Shown here: positions 13,426-29,445 of the stretch, piece after piece
Position numbering within the stretch: the stretch's first letter is position 1
How the letters are laid out: every line of letters begins with the position of its first letter
Assembly (NCBI GenBank): GCA_964016885.1
Contig: OZ024742.1
Location: forward strand, 95,542,001 to 95,606,000
Length of the DNA: 64,000 bases
Reading direction: 5' to 3'
Origin: Eledone cirrhosa
Lineage: Eukaryota
Made by a program: the position numbers and the translations under genes
The notes under the pieces: model-generated
What the model saw: the letters and a program-made list of their open reading frames with translations, nothing else
What the model was told of the DNA's origin: nothing
The model's database searches: none

Positions 13426-13464
13426 GTTGCTGACGATAGCTAATAAGCTTGAAACTAGTACAGC
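13426..13464 (+). ncRNA. Minimal type I hammerhead ribozyme
   Basis: gttg-CTGACGA-tagc taataa gctt-GAAA-ctag-TA-cagc. Confidence 0.8.
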
Positions 13465-13845
13465 ATTCCTTTGTCAGGGTTGAACAAATGAGCAACGATG
13501 GTTGCTAGACACTGTACGGCTTAATTGGGGATGTTTGTTTACAAACACACCGAGTATTATAATAAATGTTCGATGAATCCATATGTATATGTGTGCATGT
13601 ATGTCTATATATATATACATACTACTGTACGTCTGTATACATATATGTATGTACGTATACATACTTATATTTAAGTAACCGCCGTACTAAGAGTGAGAAA
13701 TGAAATTTCGTTTCATTTTTTCCGTTTATCTTTTTCAGTACCCCGGCCGATTAACTCATTCGATATGGAAATTAGGCTGCTCAGCCGTTAAATGCATAAG
13801 GAAAGTATATACTTTCAGATGTTCAATCATCTGGCAGGAAGGTAT

Positions 13846-13888
13846 ACGTTGCTGACGATAGCTAATAAGCTTGAAACTAGTACAGTGT
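13846..13888 (+). ncRNA. Minimal type I hammerhead ribozyme, second tandem copy
   Basis: acgttg-CTGACGA-tagctaataagctt-GAAA-ctag-TA-cagtgt. Confidence 0.8.
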
Positions 13889-14006
13889 TCTTTTGTCAGG
13901 GTTGAACAAATGAGAAACGATTGTTGCTAGACACTGTACGGCTTAATTCGGGATGTTAGTTTACAAACCCACCGAGCATGATAATAAATGTTCGGTGAAT
14001 CCATAC

Positions 14007-14051
<45 letters not shown>

Positions 14052-14172
14052 CATGTATGTATATATATATATACATATATGTATGTACGTATACATACTT
14101 CTATTTAAGTAACAACCGTACTAAGAGTGAGAAATGAAATTTCGTTTCATTTTTTCCGTTTATATATACATA

Positions 14173-16820
<2,648 letters not shown>

Positions 16821-16823
<3 letters not shown>

Positions 16824-17745
16824 CGCTTCTGAATGTTCATCGATACAACCCCTAGAGGTGAATTAGCTTACACATTTAGAAGGGCCCTAGATAAACATAA
16901 ACTCAATATTAAGATAGTAAAAAGACCAGGTACCTCCATAAAAACACTTATTAGCAATACATACCCTTTTCAAAGACCCCCCTGTATCGATAAGAAATGT
17001 ATAATCTGTAAATTAAGCCCCCATATTAACTGTAAAACGAGAAATGTAGTATATAGCATAAGATGTACTGAAGGACAATGTAGAGATAAGAATATAGTGT
17101 ACATAGGTGAGACAGTTCGTAGTATAGGTGAACGGATAAATGAACACTGGCGAGAGCTTCAAGATAGTAAAGAATCATCTGTACTCCACGAACATGCGAA
17201 AATAGAACATAAGGGTAAAGTAGAGAAGATAGAAATAAAAATATAATCTACACACAGAAAAGACGCAATGTTTAGACAAATCACAGAGGTAATAAACATA
17301 AATGAACTCCAACCAAAATTAAATAGAAAACATGAATGGAACAGCAACATCACAACTTACAATTAAGGACAAAATGAAAACACATACACACATAGAACAA
17401 ACAACCAACCAGTAACATGTAAATAAACAAATATAAACACTCAGACACCTGGATGTAACACATGCGCAAACTAAGCACACAACACACACATAAACAAGAC
17501 GGCGTAGGACAGAACAAAGGCGAGGCTCAAAAACAAAGTAAAGAATCCCCAGTCACTGAAGAGGTCACATAATGTGTGACGAAAGAACTTTGACAATATA
17601 TGAACAATCGTCTGGTTGTGGAACCAACCAAGCGGAAATTTATAAATTTAGGAATTTATGAATTTAATTTATAATAAATTGAACTGAAAGCAACTGGTGC
17701 GTGTGATTCTTATTGGCAACATGACCCTCCCAAAGTATAACAATA
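16821..17745 (+). mobile_element. Penelope-like element of a different, non-Naiad lineage: GIY-YIG region and 3' pLTR
   Basis: ORF 16833-17246 PC....CIIC......C...NVVYSIRC..YIGETVRSIGERINEH; HHR downstream; flanked by (TA)n. Confidence 0.88.
17552..17594 (+). ncRNA. Minimal type I hammerhead ribozyme
   Basis: gtca-CTGAAGA-g gtcacat aat gtgtgac-GAAA-gaac-TT-tgac. Confidence 0.75.
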
Positions 17746-18020
17746 TATATATATACACACACACATACATGCAAACATACTGATTGTGTAGAGATAGTTG
17801 AAGTTTTATGACAGGATAGTGAGTTGCATAATATATACTGGAGTAATTCGAGTTATATACACAGTTGTCTGCTATTTAGTTGGTGTTGTATATTGGGGAT
17901 TTATTAGGGTGTATATATCATTTAAATATTTTCATTGTACAATGTAATAGATCAAACTGGTGTTTATTGACTGTATGTAGGTCAGTGTGGTCTTTTAATT
18001 AAGGTGTAGTCCTATATTCA

Positions 18021-18092
18021 TGAAGGTCCATTTGGATAGATGAAGGTCTAGTTGGATAAATGAAGGTCCAGTTGGATAAATTACAAGGTCTA
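18021..18092. repeat. 20-bp tandem repeat, about 3.5 copies
   Basis: tgaaggtcYaKttggataRa units in the PLE 3' UTR. Confidence 0.8.
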
Positions 18093-20645
18093 GTGTTATC
18101 TCCGACATTGGTCTTTATTTTTATTTTTATTATTATTAGTTGCAAGGTTTGAAGTAGGGGAACAAGAATCTATGGTAATGCGGACACGTATAGAGGATTT
18201 CTGATTTCCTAGTTAGTAGGCTAAGGTTAGAGTGAATAATAATTTTAGACTCGAGGATGCAAAGGTTACAAAATTTGTTAGGTGGTTTATATGAAGCGGC
18301 CTTAGCTATCACTTCCCATTTTAAGGTGTATGGTATATTACTTGATTTTAATGGGTGTATGTGGATATTGAGGTTACGTTGCTCAGTTTAGGGTTTCTGG
18401 ACGAATGAAGGTGTAAATTATATCTGGTCTTAAAGCTATTCGATGTAGAGCCTTTATATACTTTTGAGATGTGATTGGCGGTTACAGTACCGGAGTAGAC
18501 AATGTCTTTAATTAGGCAGTTCTTATTTAATGGACATGTCTTGTTAGGCCTACAGTTACAATTGTTTTGTTTACTAGTATACTGGTTAAAGGCGTGTGCA
18601 TTTGAGTGGTTGTTTCTGTTTCTACTTCTAGTGTTATGATTATGGTGAGTGTTATTACTATTTGTATTATTAGTATGACTTGTTGTATGGTCTTGTACTG
18701 TGTTGTTGTACAGATTGTTTCTAGGCTGGACATTATTACTTTTGTGTAATTTAAAGTACTTTTCAATCTTTCTCTTGTTGGTTCTGGCTATATGGTCTGC
18801 TATGTTAGGTATGGTGGAGTAGGATATTTTAATTGTGTTTTTGTTAAATAGGTTGTGGTATTTATGGTTAGTTGGGAAGTGTTTGTCTAGAGTAGAGAAG
18901 AAAGCTTTAGGTATGTTTGCTGATGCATTTAAGTTGAACGGACGGTTAAAAAATGTGCTACTTATTCTTCTATTCTTCCTATGGTTGTTATTCATACTAC
19001 TGTTTAGTGTGGTGTTAGGTTCCTTCATATCTATATTTTTCTTTCTTTGGTGTTTCTTAGGGTTATTGCTGTGGTATGATTTAACTTTTTCTATGGGGCC
19101 CTTTGTACAGGAGCCTGGATTTTCAATACTACGATCATATTTACTTTTATTCATGGCCATGTTGTGTGAAATTATATTAGGTTGTCTATGAGTTGTTGAC
19201 GATTTAGGTTTAAATTTAATTTTATCTCTATGGCCGGAACGGGCTAATGCTTCATTATAGTATTGGGAGTTACGATTAAATGTATTCTCGTTGTAAGAAA
19301 GGCTAGAGATTCTATTGGATACCCCTTTAATGATTGAGATCAGTACAGATTTAGGGTGGTTAGAGTTGGTATTAATATAGAAAATGTTTTTCATTAGGTT
19401 TACGGTAAGGTGTGTATTTTTTAGAGTCTAAGTAGAGAGTGACGTCCAGGAAGTCAACATTTTTTATGTTTTTATCTAAAGTGATACCTAAGTTATAGTT
19501 TTTAAATATTTTATGTAATTGTTTCCTAGTTCTTTCTATATTGAACTTTTTATAGTCTAAGAGGAAGGGTGTGTCGTCTCGATAGACACCACCTTTGAGG
19601 TAAGGTAGGTACTTGTGTATTTCGTTTAAGAGAAATAGGCCGACTGAATCGGTTACCTGTGCCGAGTACCTAGATCCCATGGTGATATCGAAGTTGTTGG
19701 GTGTATTGTTGCAGTTCCATAATTGGTCTTCAAATTTAATTATTGTTTTCCTGGCCGCTCGGATTATATCTACCTGGGATCTGGTGAGTTCACTATTGTT
19801 CTTGGCCATTATTAATGCTTTATTTAGGTTAGGAGGATAGGTGAGATAGAAGTGTAGTAGGAGTTTATATCAAATTGGATGAATTTCTTATTATTATTTT
19901 CATTAATACCATTAAACCATTCGCTTACTTCACTAGTGTTTCCCCAGAGGTTAAAATGGATTTTTTGTTTAATTTGGGGGATTACCTCATCTAAGATTTT
20001 TTTTGCTAATGATGCCAATGTCGGATCTGGATGGGCAGATAAGTCTAATTGAGGGGTTAGTATTGAAGTCGTCTTTATGGTCTTTCAGAGAGAACTGTGG
20101 GGGTTAGGGGTGTATGGTTGAGTATATCTCTCAAGTCCTAATTTACATATTAAACTGCGGTTTCAATATTTATGTCATCCAGGTTTTTATGCGATGTTAT
20201 TTTGTAGTTCCTATAAAGATCTTTATATATAAATTCTCTATTTGTATCGTAATAAAAGCTATATATGTTTTTAGTTTTATCAGCTAGTACTAATATATTC
20301 TTTTTCTTATTAAAGTTTTTTATGGTGGAATTTAGGTTATTTAGGAAGTCATTCTTCTTATTGTAATGTTTCTTGTACTTAATCCTTTTAACAAGTGACA
20401 CAAGGCCGTTTTCAAATGAGTCCAGTAAGATATTGTGTGGGGGCTTTTATATGTTTTGAAGCCGTATGTTTCAAGCGAAGGTGCATCTTGTTTTTTCGCA
20501 GCTCTGTTCCTATCGTAGTGGAAGGGCTTCCATCTATCTCTAATTCCTGAATCTCCACATGATGCCTTTGACACTAATAACAACTATGTACCCTAAATGT
20601 TCTAAATGACTAGGATTCTAGTTACACGTTTTCGACATTCCTTAT

Positions 20646-20686
20646 GCTCCGATGATTCTAGAGTTCTGGAAGAAACAATTATCAGG
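20646..20686 (+). ncRNA. Hammerhead motif, C4 variant
   Basis: gct-CCGATGA-ttctag agtt ctggaa-GAAA-caatta-TC-agg. Confidence 0.6.
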
Positions 20687-20890
20687 TAATAAATGTTCTA
20701 AACTAAACTTTGATCGTTTTAACACTTTGTATCTCGGCTCTGTAAAACACTTGAACATTTGCATTGTGCCTTTTTATCATATCGGTAACCGGATAGTACT
20801 TAGTACTACCTTACATATTTATAGTTATATAAAATATATATAAATATAGATATAAATATAGATATAAATATTACTATATATATATATATA

Positions 20891-21283
20891 TATTATTGTT
20901 AATAGTAATAAATGGAAAATATCACAATAGCATCATATTTATTTTATTTTACGTATTTCAAGGATACCAAATTATGGTAAGCATAGTGACATAGCCAAAG
21001 TATAACTTTCATCTTCAGCTTACATTCCCACTGTAAGCTGAAGATGAAAGTTTATACTTTGGGTATGTCACTATATATTATACATCCAATATTGTATTTT
21101 ATCTGGTGAAAGCATACCTTAATTTGGTATCCTTGAAATACGTATAATAAAAGAAATATGATGCTATTGTGATATTTTCCATTTATTACTATTAATAATA
21201 TTATAACTCTCCAGATAAAATTTTTCCTGTTATGAACATAAGTTTGTTGAATATTCATCAACTAAGCATATAACTCATTGTTT
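20891..21283. mobile_element. Fold-back mini-element with mutated hammerhead at 21096-21152 (+)
   Basis: Palindrome centred at about 21028; the left arm has an internal deletion; core reads CTGGTGA..GAAA-tacgta-TA; related to 16681 and 38385. Confidence 0.8.
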
Positions 21284-21869
21284 ATATATATATATATAGA
21301 GAGAGATAATAACCAAATTATACTTAAAACATAATTTTAATCCTACACATGTTTGAATGTTTAATGATGGGCCATAACAAGATACATGCAAAGTATCTGT
21401 CCCTCGTTCTACATATCTTAAGAAATGTAGATATTGTTTGAAGTTTCAAGTGATACATACAAGAGATAACTCCATACAATAGATGAGGTTTGTACTATTA
21501 CCAATTAATAAATTGCAAATTACAAGCACAAACTAAAGCAACAGCAAAGCAGAAGCAGTATTAAAAACAGAATATCAAGATGTAGTACATCCGAACATTA
21601 ACAGATACATGATTAAAAATTATAAGCAATATTACATGAGAATATGAGTGTGCATATTGACCAGAAAAAAGAAAGAGGACAGTAGTTAGTCAATTATGCG
21701 TTAGGTGTATAAATATATATAAATAATAATGAAAAATGGAAAACAATGTTTACAATTTCTTAAGAATTCTCGTTTTAAAATATTTTTTCCTGATAAGTGG
21801 ACTTCCAACGATACAAAAAATCTCTAACAGGAAAAGACAAGTATCAATATTATTTATAATATAATACAA

Positions 21870-22173
21870 TATAATTGTGTCTATTTTTGGCACAAGGCCA
21901 GCAATTACCCAGTGCATTACTGGTACTTTATTTTATCGACCCCGTAAGGATGAAAGGCAAAGTTAACCTCGGCGGGATATAATACGATATAATTGTTTCT
22001 ACTTTTGGCACAAGGCCATCAATTATCCCAGTACATTACTAGTACTTTATTTTATCGACCTCATAAGGATGAAAGGTAAAGTTAACCTCGGCGGGAATTT
22101 AACTCAGATCGTAAAGGGACGTAAGTATGCTGGAAAGCATATCCGACCCTCTACCGATACTGCCAATTCACCG
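21870..22173 (-). mobile_element. Two tandem family B SINEs, one partial (21870-21978) and one near full (21989-22173)
   Basis: Minus strand ggtgaattggcagtatcggtag (A box), gagttaaattccc (B box), central ctttcatcctta..ggtcgataaaataaagtac. Confidence 0.85.
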
Positions 22174-22447
22174 ACAGATCTAGAAAGGTAGATAATTAAA
22201 CAATTATTTGACAGAATAACTTATATTAGAATTCTCCCCAAATGTACATATAAAAATATACATATGAAAACACAATGTTATAATTAATATTATTAATTTA
22301 ATTTCATAGAACATATAAATGTACAGTTTTAGCAAGGCAATGTTGATATATGAACATTGCCTTTCAAAACTGTACATTTATAAGGTTATTATTAAAAGAT
22401 TGTTAACAATGATAACCACTATTCGAACTATTGATTCTACTCATTTC

Positions 22448-22815
22448 AAACAGTGATATCTCTAATACGGTTTTTTAACAGCCAAATCATAATTTAATAT
22501 ATTATGATCATTTCAATGACAGGGTTCCATATGAATCCGGTGATATCATCAGGTATTCGAAATATAACAAAGGAATATGTAAAAAGCATGGGTCCGAAAA
22601 ATCAGAGACCCATGGTTTTTACATATTCCTTTGTTATATTTCGAATACCTAATGATATCACCGGATTCATATGGAACCCGGTCATTGAAATGATCATAGT
22701 ATAATAAACCTTTCAAGGACTTACACCAGTCCAGCCTCCAGTTATTTTATTTATATATATATATATTAAATTATGATTTGGCTGTTAAAAAACCGTATTA
22801 GAGATATCACTGTTT
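22448..22815. mobile_element. Nested fold-back element with a hammerhead in both inner arms
   Basis: Inner arms 22503-22594 / 22607-22698; outer arms 22448-22502 / 22761-22815; atac-CTGATGA (minus) or CTAATGA (plus)..GAAA-tgatca-TA. Confidence 0.85.
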
Positions 22816-22847
22816 ATATATATATATAATCAAGATTTAGCAAATAA

Positions 22848-22891
<44 letters not shown>

Positions 22892-22896
<5 letters not shown>

Positions 22897-23290
22897 CGCA
22901 TGGCTTAGTGGCTAGCTTGCAATCGAAAGGTTGTGAGTTCAATTCTCAGACCGGGTGATGTGTTGTTTCCTTGAGCAAGACACTTTATTTCACATTACTC
23001 CAGTTTACTCAACTGTAGAAATGAGATGATAGGACTGGGGTACCTATCATTCCACTACAAAGTGGTCGTGGAGGTGCCACACTCTAAAGTGGGCGTGTAG
23101 GTGCCAGGGAAAAAAGCACCCAGCACTCACTGTAAATGAGGTGATGGGAAGGGCATCCAGTTGTAGAAATCAAGCCAGAGTCAGTTCCCGTATGAGCAAG
23201 ACAAGGTCAGTCGACCGGACACTGCCCACAGCAGTACAACCCATCTAACCCATGCTAGCATGGAAGAACAGACGTAAAACGGTGATGGTA
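22892..23290 (+). mobile_element. Family A SINE 5' half (22892-23030) followed by an RTE 3' UTR (23031-23290)
   Basis: tggcttagtgg and gagttcaattc boxes, then a 3' UTR ending gacgtaaaacggtgatg. Confidence 0.75.
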
Positions 23291-23294
23291 AAAT

Positions 23295-23472
23295 AGGGTC
23301 TGGTAAAATACCAGATGGACCATACCGCACCAGAGTACTCGATACTTGGGGTAGTAGAATGGTTAATATGGAAGGAATCAGGACCCCAACGGCTGAGCTC
23401 CGACCATTTCAACAGCTAGATCTGTCGAAATGGCCGTGGCTCAACTGTTGGGGGTCCTGATTCTTTTCATAT
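23295..23472. mobile_element. Fold-back mini-element, family shared with 50949-51140
   Basis: Hairpin 23366-23472 plus left tail accagatggac.ata.cgcaccagagtactc. Confidence 0.8.
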
Positions 23473-23736
23473 ATATATATATTGCACTGCCTTATTTGAG
23501 CTGTTTTGGAGATGCCAATTTGTACTTTTACCTTGATATCTTAAAGAGTGATTTACGTTTTAATGATCTAAATATTATTTTGAGTTGACTACAGAAGCAT
23601 TTTAATAAACTCTGAAGATACCTCTCTTGTAAGCACTAATCATGTGTTATTAAACAAAATAACTCACTATACGTGAATCAATACAGGTACAAACAATTGT
23701 GTGTATAAATGCCTTACATTTTGGTTTTATATAAAC

Positions 23737-24417
23737 TAGTCAGTAATATACATTACATCTCAATGAATAATATCGCTTAGAACATAATTCAGAGAAGCGT
23801 ATAGATACAAATATTGATCTATCTGAGATAAGGCTCAGAATTGACTATAGGGAGATCACATAAGAGAACCTTCAAATAAAGGAACCTATTATGCATATCA
23901 TCCCAGAGACAAAATTCATTGTTACACAGTCCAAATATCTAAGGCTTAACGAATTGTTCCCTTTGACCGCAGTTTCACAAGAGAAAATCACAGAAATTAT
24001 CCATCACGATTAATTAAGTTCAGTGGACCTCAGTCAGAAATTTGTGTAATCATCAGAGAGGGTTTTCTACTCCAAACATTAAGAGAGACAAATCATATCT
24101 ACCTGTTGTTGCATCTCATTCGAGCCAGAAATAAAACCTGCATGGTGCACAATAATGTAAGCATGCATATAATTTATAATAAGGTAAATATTTGTATAAA
24201 ATAGACTAGGTTACGAGAAAAATGTTTTAGGAGAAATAGTCAATTTAAAAACGTCTATCAACTCAAAAATTAGTCAGAAATATACATCATATCTCAATGA
24301 ATAATTGTTTATCGCTTAGAACATAATTCAGAGAAACTTATAAATATAAATATTGATCTACTTCAAATAAGGCTCAGAATTGACACTAGGGAAGATCATA
24401 TTCAAATAAAGGAACCC
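23737..24417 (-). mobile_element. Partial tandem (about 534-bp period) non-coding unit containing a hammerhead at 23959-24062
   Basis: Direct repeats about 23737-23886 and 24271-24417; minus strand ccctct-CTGATGA-(about 73 nt)-GAAA-ctgcgg-TC-aaaggg. Confidence 0.65.
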
Positions 24418-24419
24418 CA

Positions 24420-24484
<65 letters not shown>

Positions 24485-24656
24485 ATGTAAAAGGTAAACA
24501 GAAATAACAACACAATTGGTACAGTATATGGAAGGAATATATTAGGTTAACACTTTAAATAACAGGAAGAGGGTCTCAACAAAAGATTGGGAAATTAGAA
24601 AGATTGAAAGGAAAGAAATAACAGGTCCATTCTGTTGCCATCTCTTGGAAAACCCT

Positions 24657-24736
<80 letters not shown>

Positions 24737-25245
24737 GTGACAGTAAAAGCAAGACATTAACTAAAACTCAACAAACAAAACAATGACAAGAACAGCACCA
24801 AATGACAAACAACTGCTATAATACCAAATAACAGCTTCAAAATAGACAAATTAAAGTAAACATTTTAAAAAAAAACACCTGCAATACATCGAAAAATAAA
24901 ACAAGTTAATTATCTTTGCCTGCTTGTTAGAATATTAAGAGGAATTGAAATATATATATTAATTACAAACAGACGACAGAAATACTACTCCATCAATACA
25001 CATTCACACTACTCCACCCCAATAAAATAACAAATAAAAATCGTAATAAATATCTTTAAAAATGGAAGAAGAGCAAAAACAATAATAATCACAATGATAA
25101 GTCAAGAACAATGATAAAAATATAGATGATAATAATAATAGTTATTATAACAACAACAGTGAAACAAAATAGATACATGATAACACATATTGATACAACT
25201 CAATATTTCTAATGATATTGGATTGCTATTAGAGACAAAAGTCTG

Positions 25246-25315
<70 letters not shown>

Positions 25316-25633
25316 TTTATTTGTGAGGTGGATATGTATATACGTGTATGTATGTATGCACAGAAAAACATAGAGGTGCATTTGCTTCTTTATGATTTTT
25401 ATTTCAATTTAACAAATTAACAGTTATGATAAACACACTGAAAAACTTCTGACATTCTCCATCCCCCTTTCACCCTCACATATTACACACACACACACAC
25501 ACACACACATACATACATACATACACACATACATACATACATACATACATACATACATACATACATACATACATACATACATACACATATATATATATAG
25601 AGAGAGAGATAGATAGATAGATAGATATGTTTC

Positions 25634-25702
<69 letters not shown>

Positions 25703-26745
25703 AGTGACAAGATATAGATTATGAGTTCAATTCCATTTCAAGCCTCTCATTACATTTCATTTAAACTAGTCACTTTATTGTACAGATGGTTTATTTGCTG
25801 GTGTTATTAGGGTGTTGGATATTTGTTCTGGCTCTCCACACTCTGTGATCAAGTCTCAGCATGATCCAGATTCTCTGCCTTTCTGTTAGATTCCATACAT
25901 TACCAGCCTAGTGATAGTGCAGCTTTCTCTCCTACCAGCTGTCACATTTTGGATTTTCCAATGGAACAAGGGAAGGAGGTTCATGATGGTGTCTGTGTTT
26001 GGATGCATAGACACCTAAATCCCTTGAAGTAAAAAGCATGATACATAATATCAAGTGATACTTGATGGTGAGCGATGGATGTAGTTCTTTTTTATGCTCT
26101 TTAATCTCATTTTCCCAAGCTTAATTCAGGATTTACTAGATCATATGGGAATGGTACCTGTGACAATTTGACTAGTCGAAGTTCCATCAGCTTTATTCTA
26201 ACTCATACACACACACACACTACCTCCAACTCTCCCTGTCTACATCAGAAATATCTAAGCCAGTGAATCTAAGTATACTCTTAGTCTTGTCCCATGACAC
26301 ATCAAATGGTTCCATCATAACCACATTGCAGCTGTTCAGTCAAGAAACACAGCTTTGGGAACATCAGTCCACTATCCCTACAAGCAGGACATCTCTTAGT
26401 CAGAACTGCAATTCCTGTATCCAAAATAGCAAAGAAGGTTTGTATATCTATCACAAATCCCAAAAGGAATACTATTGACATTGCAGAATTCTTCATCCTT
26501 CTACTTCTACACATCCCTTGCCCTTTAAATATTATTTATTTACCATGAATGACTGAAACCTAGGATATTTTATTCATTTTCAGAATCTTCAATTCTTTAT
26601 TTCATTGGGTGAGTTTAAATTATTACGTGGTTCTTCCCTTCCATTTTAGTTTCTAGCAAATGAGTTTATGTACAAGTGTACATCTCTATATAAATATAGT
26701 GAGAGAGAAGAGAGAGAGAGAGATTAATGAATATATACATACTCG

Positions 26746-26828
<83 letters not shown>

Positions 26829-27105
26829 TAAAGTGGGAGGGATGGTATCATGATGCAGTCATCTCAGAACAAAAATACGTATCATGTCTTTTGTGTAATT
26901 GAAGAATTATGAATTCTAGCCTTTGTTCTAAGTTATTAGTGTATTTAACTCCATCATACCATACCATATCAAAATCAATAAAACGCACGTGGTGTCAAGT
27001 CAAATATTCTTTCCTTATTACACTATGGTTTTCTTAATCACAGCACCTGCTACCAATTAAGAAGCATGCAATAACACATACACACACACATACACACACA
27101 CACAC

Positions 27106-27206
<101 letters not shown>

Positions 27207-27491
27207 CATATATATATAAAATAAAACGTTTTCAAATACAAACACAGATAATTGTAAGTGAAGAAGTTATGAAGCTCAAAAATACGAGATTAATATATAC
27301 ACAAGGCTGCATATAATGTTATAGAAACGTATAAAATCCTAATATGAACGATTATGAATTCACGAAGAGCAAGAAATACTTTGAAATATAAAATCAAACA
27401 TTGCTAACTATATCGTATTGTTAAAAAGATGGTCCTGGTATGATATATTTTTGGACGAAATATTGTGTTTAAGGTAGTTATATCTTATTTC

Positions 27492-27546
27492 ATTCTGATG
27501 ATCCTGATATTGAGCTCTTAACATTAAGGATGAAACGTACGTAAAT
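27492..27546 (+). ncRNA. Minimal type I hammerhead ribozyme
   Basis: att-CTGATGA-tcct..agga t-GAAA-cgtacg-TA-aat. Confidence 0.7.
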
Positions 27547-27593
27547 TACAATAGGATATAGTTATTTTTAAAAGTGTATATATTATATAACCA

Positions 27594-27720
27594 CAGACCC
27601 TCCATCTCAACTCACCTTTTGAAAAGAAGAACTGCGAAACCGGTAAAGGAACCAAATAAATATATATATATTTTTTAAAAAATAAGACTCCAGTTGCATT
27701 TTCGATTTCATCTATTTTTC
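27594..27720 (+). mobile_element. Second copy of the U3-A8 hammerhead family (one arm, stem II partly deleted)
   Basis: Matches 11708-11834; cctt-TTGAAAA..GAAA-ccgg-TA-aagg. Confidence 0.75.
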
Positions 27721-28729
27721 TTTATATATATATATATATACACACACAACAGTTTTATTTAAAAATTAGGCAGTGTGGTGTTTAAAAAATTAGTTTCTAG
27801 CAAATGAGTTTATGGATAATTCCTGCGCATAAGCTGTTTTCAGGGGATCATTATAGCTTTAGATGCTTTATAAGGCCAAACTATTCCCCACCAGTTGCAT
27901 CATTAGAAACAATAAAGTTATCCATGGATAGCCCTTCAGGATGTGTGTGTGTGTGTGTGTGTGTAGGAAAGGGTTCAACGAAAATACTAGGTAATATTCA
28001 TTGAACATCAAAGAAAGATTTATTGTATGTGCATATATATATATGGGTCCTACACGGTAAATGTGGTTTGTGTTAGGAAGGGCATCCAGCTTTAAAAACC
28101 CCGATCAAATTTACAGTCCCATCGGAGCAAGGTACAGCATGGCTAATCATTCTAGTAAAGTATTGAAACCAAATTCACAAGTATGCTTATGATACAACAT
28201 ATCAAGAGGAGATTAAGACAGAAAAGAAAAATGATTATAATAATGATAATTTTGAAAGCAGAGGTGGTGAAGGTGGTGGTGGTGTTGGTGGTGGTAGTGG
28301 AGATGGTAACGGTGGTGGTGTTCATAACTGTAATAATAATGCTGGTGGAAGTGATGTTGGTGTTCATAACTAATAATAATGGTGGTGGTGGTAGAAGTGG
28401 TAGAGGGGAGATGATAAGTTATAGGGGCAAGGTGCTGGTGGTTATGATCAAAACAATCATAATAGTTACATTGTCATAGTGGTGATGCAGATAGTGATGG
28501 TGATCATAAGAATGACAATAATATTAGTAATATCAATGGTGGGATGGTTGATAAGGGATGAGGAAGTTATAATGAGAGTAAAAGAAAACAGAAAGAAAAG
28601 AGTGTTTTATTAATACAATATTAATCTTGCAGCAATGAAATGTGTTTAATTAATAGTAATATTCATTTATTCGTTTCTCTGTTTATCTTGCTGTCTATCT
28701 ATTTAATTATTTAGTTACATATACAAATA

Positions 28730-29445
<716 letters not shown>

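Larger units (their letters stand above)
13358..14163 (+). mobile_element. Tandem 423-bp non-coding unit (about 1.9 copies) with one hammerhead per unit, retrozyme/pLTR-like
   Basis: Direct repeats starting tcagccgtta at 13358 and 13781; flanked by TA-rich microsatellite. Confidence 0.85.
17780..20815 (-). mobile_element. Penelope-like element, Naiad-like, most of the ORF (frameshifted), with an inverted pLTR at its 5' end
   Basis: ORFs 20150-20401 (ADKTKNIY), 19824-20018 (FIQFDINSYY), 19372-19809 (MGS..SAQV, YRDD, FLDV) and 18348-19394 (SNHP, CNC..CPL..C, IVY, Y.GST); 20531-20815 carries an HHR on the opposite strand. Confidence 0.92.

Noticed and set aside
28152-28560. Hydrophobic or Thr-rich ORFs, also at 61581-61946 and 16281-16524
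   Set aside because: Decayed trinucleotide or pyrimidine-rich low-complexity tracts
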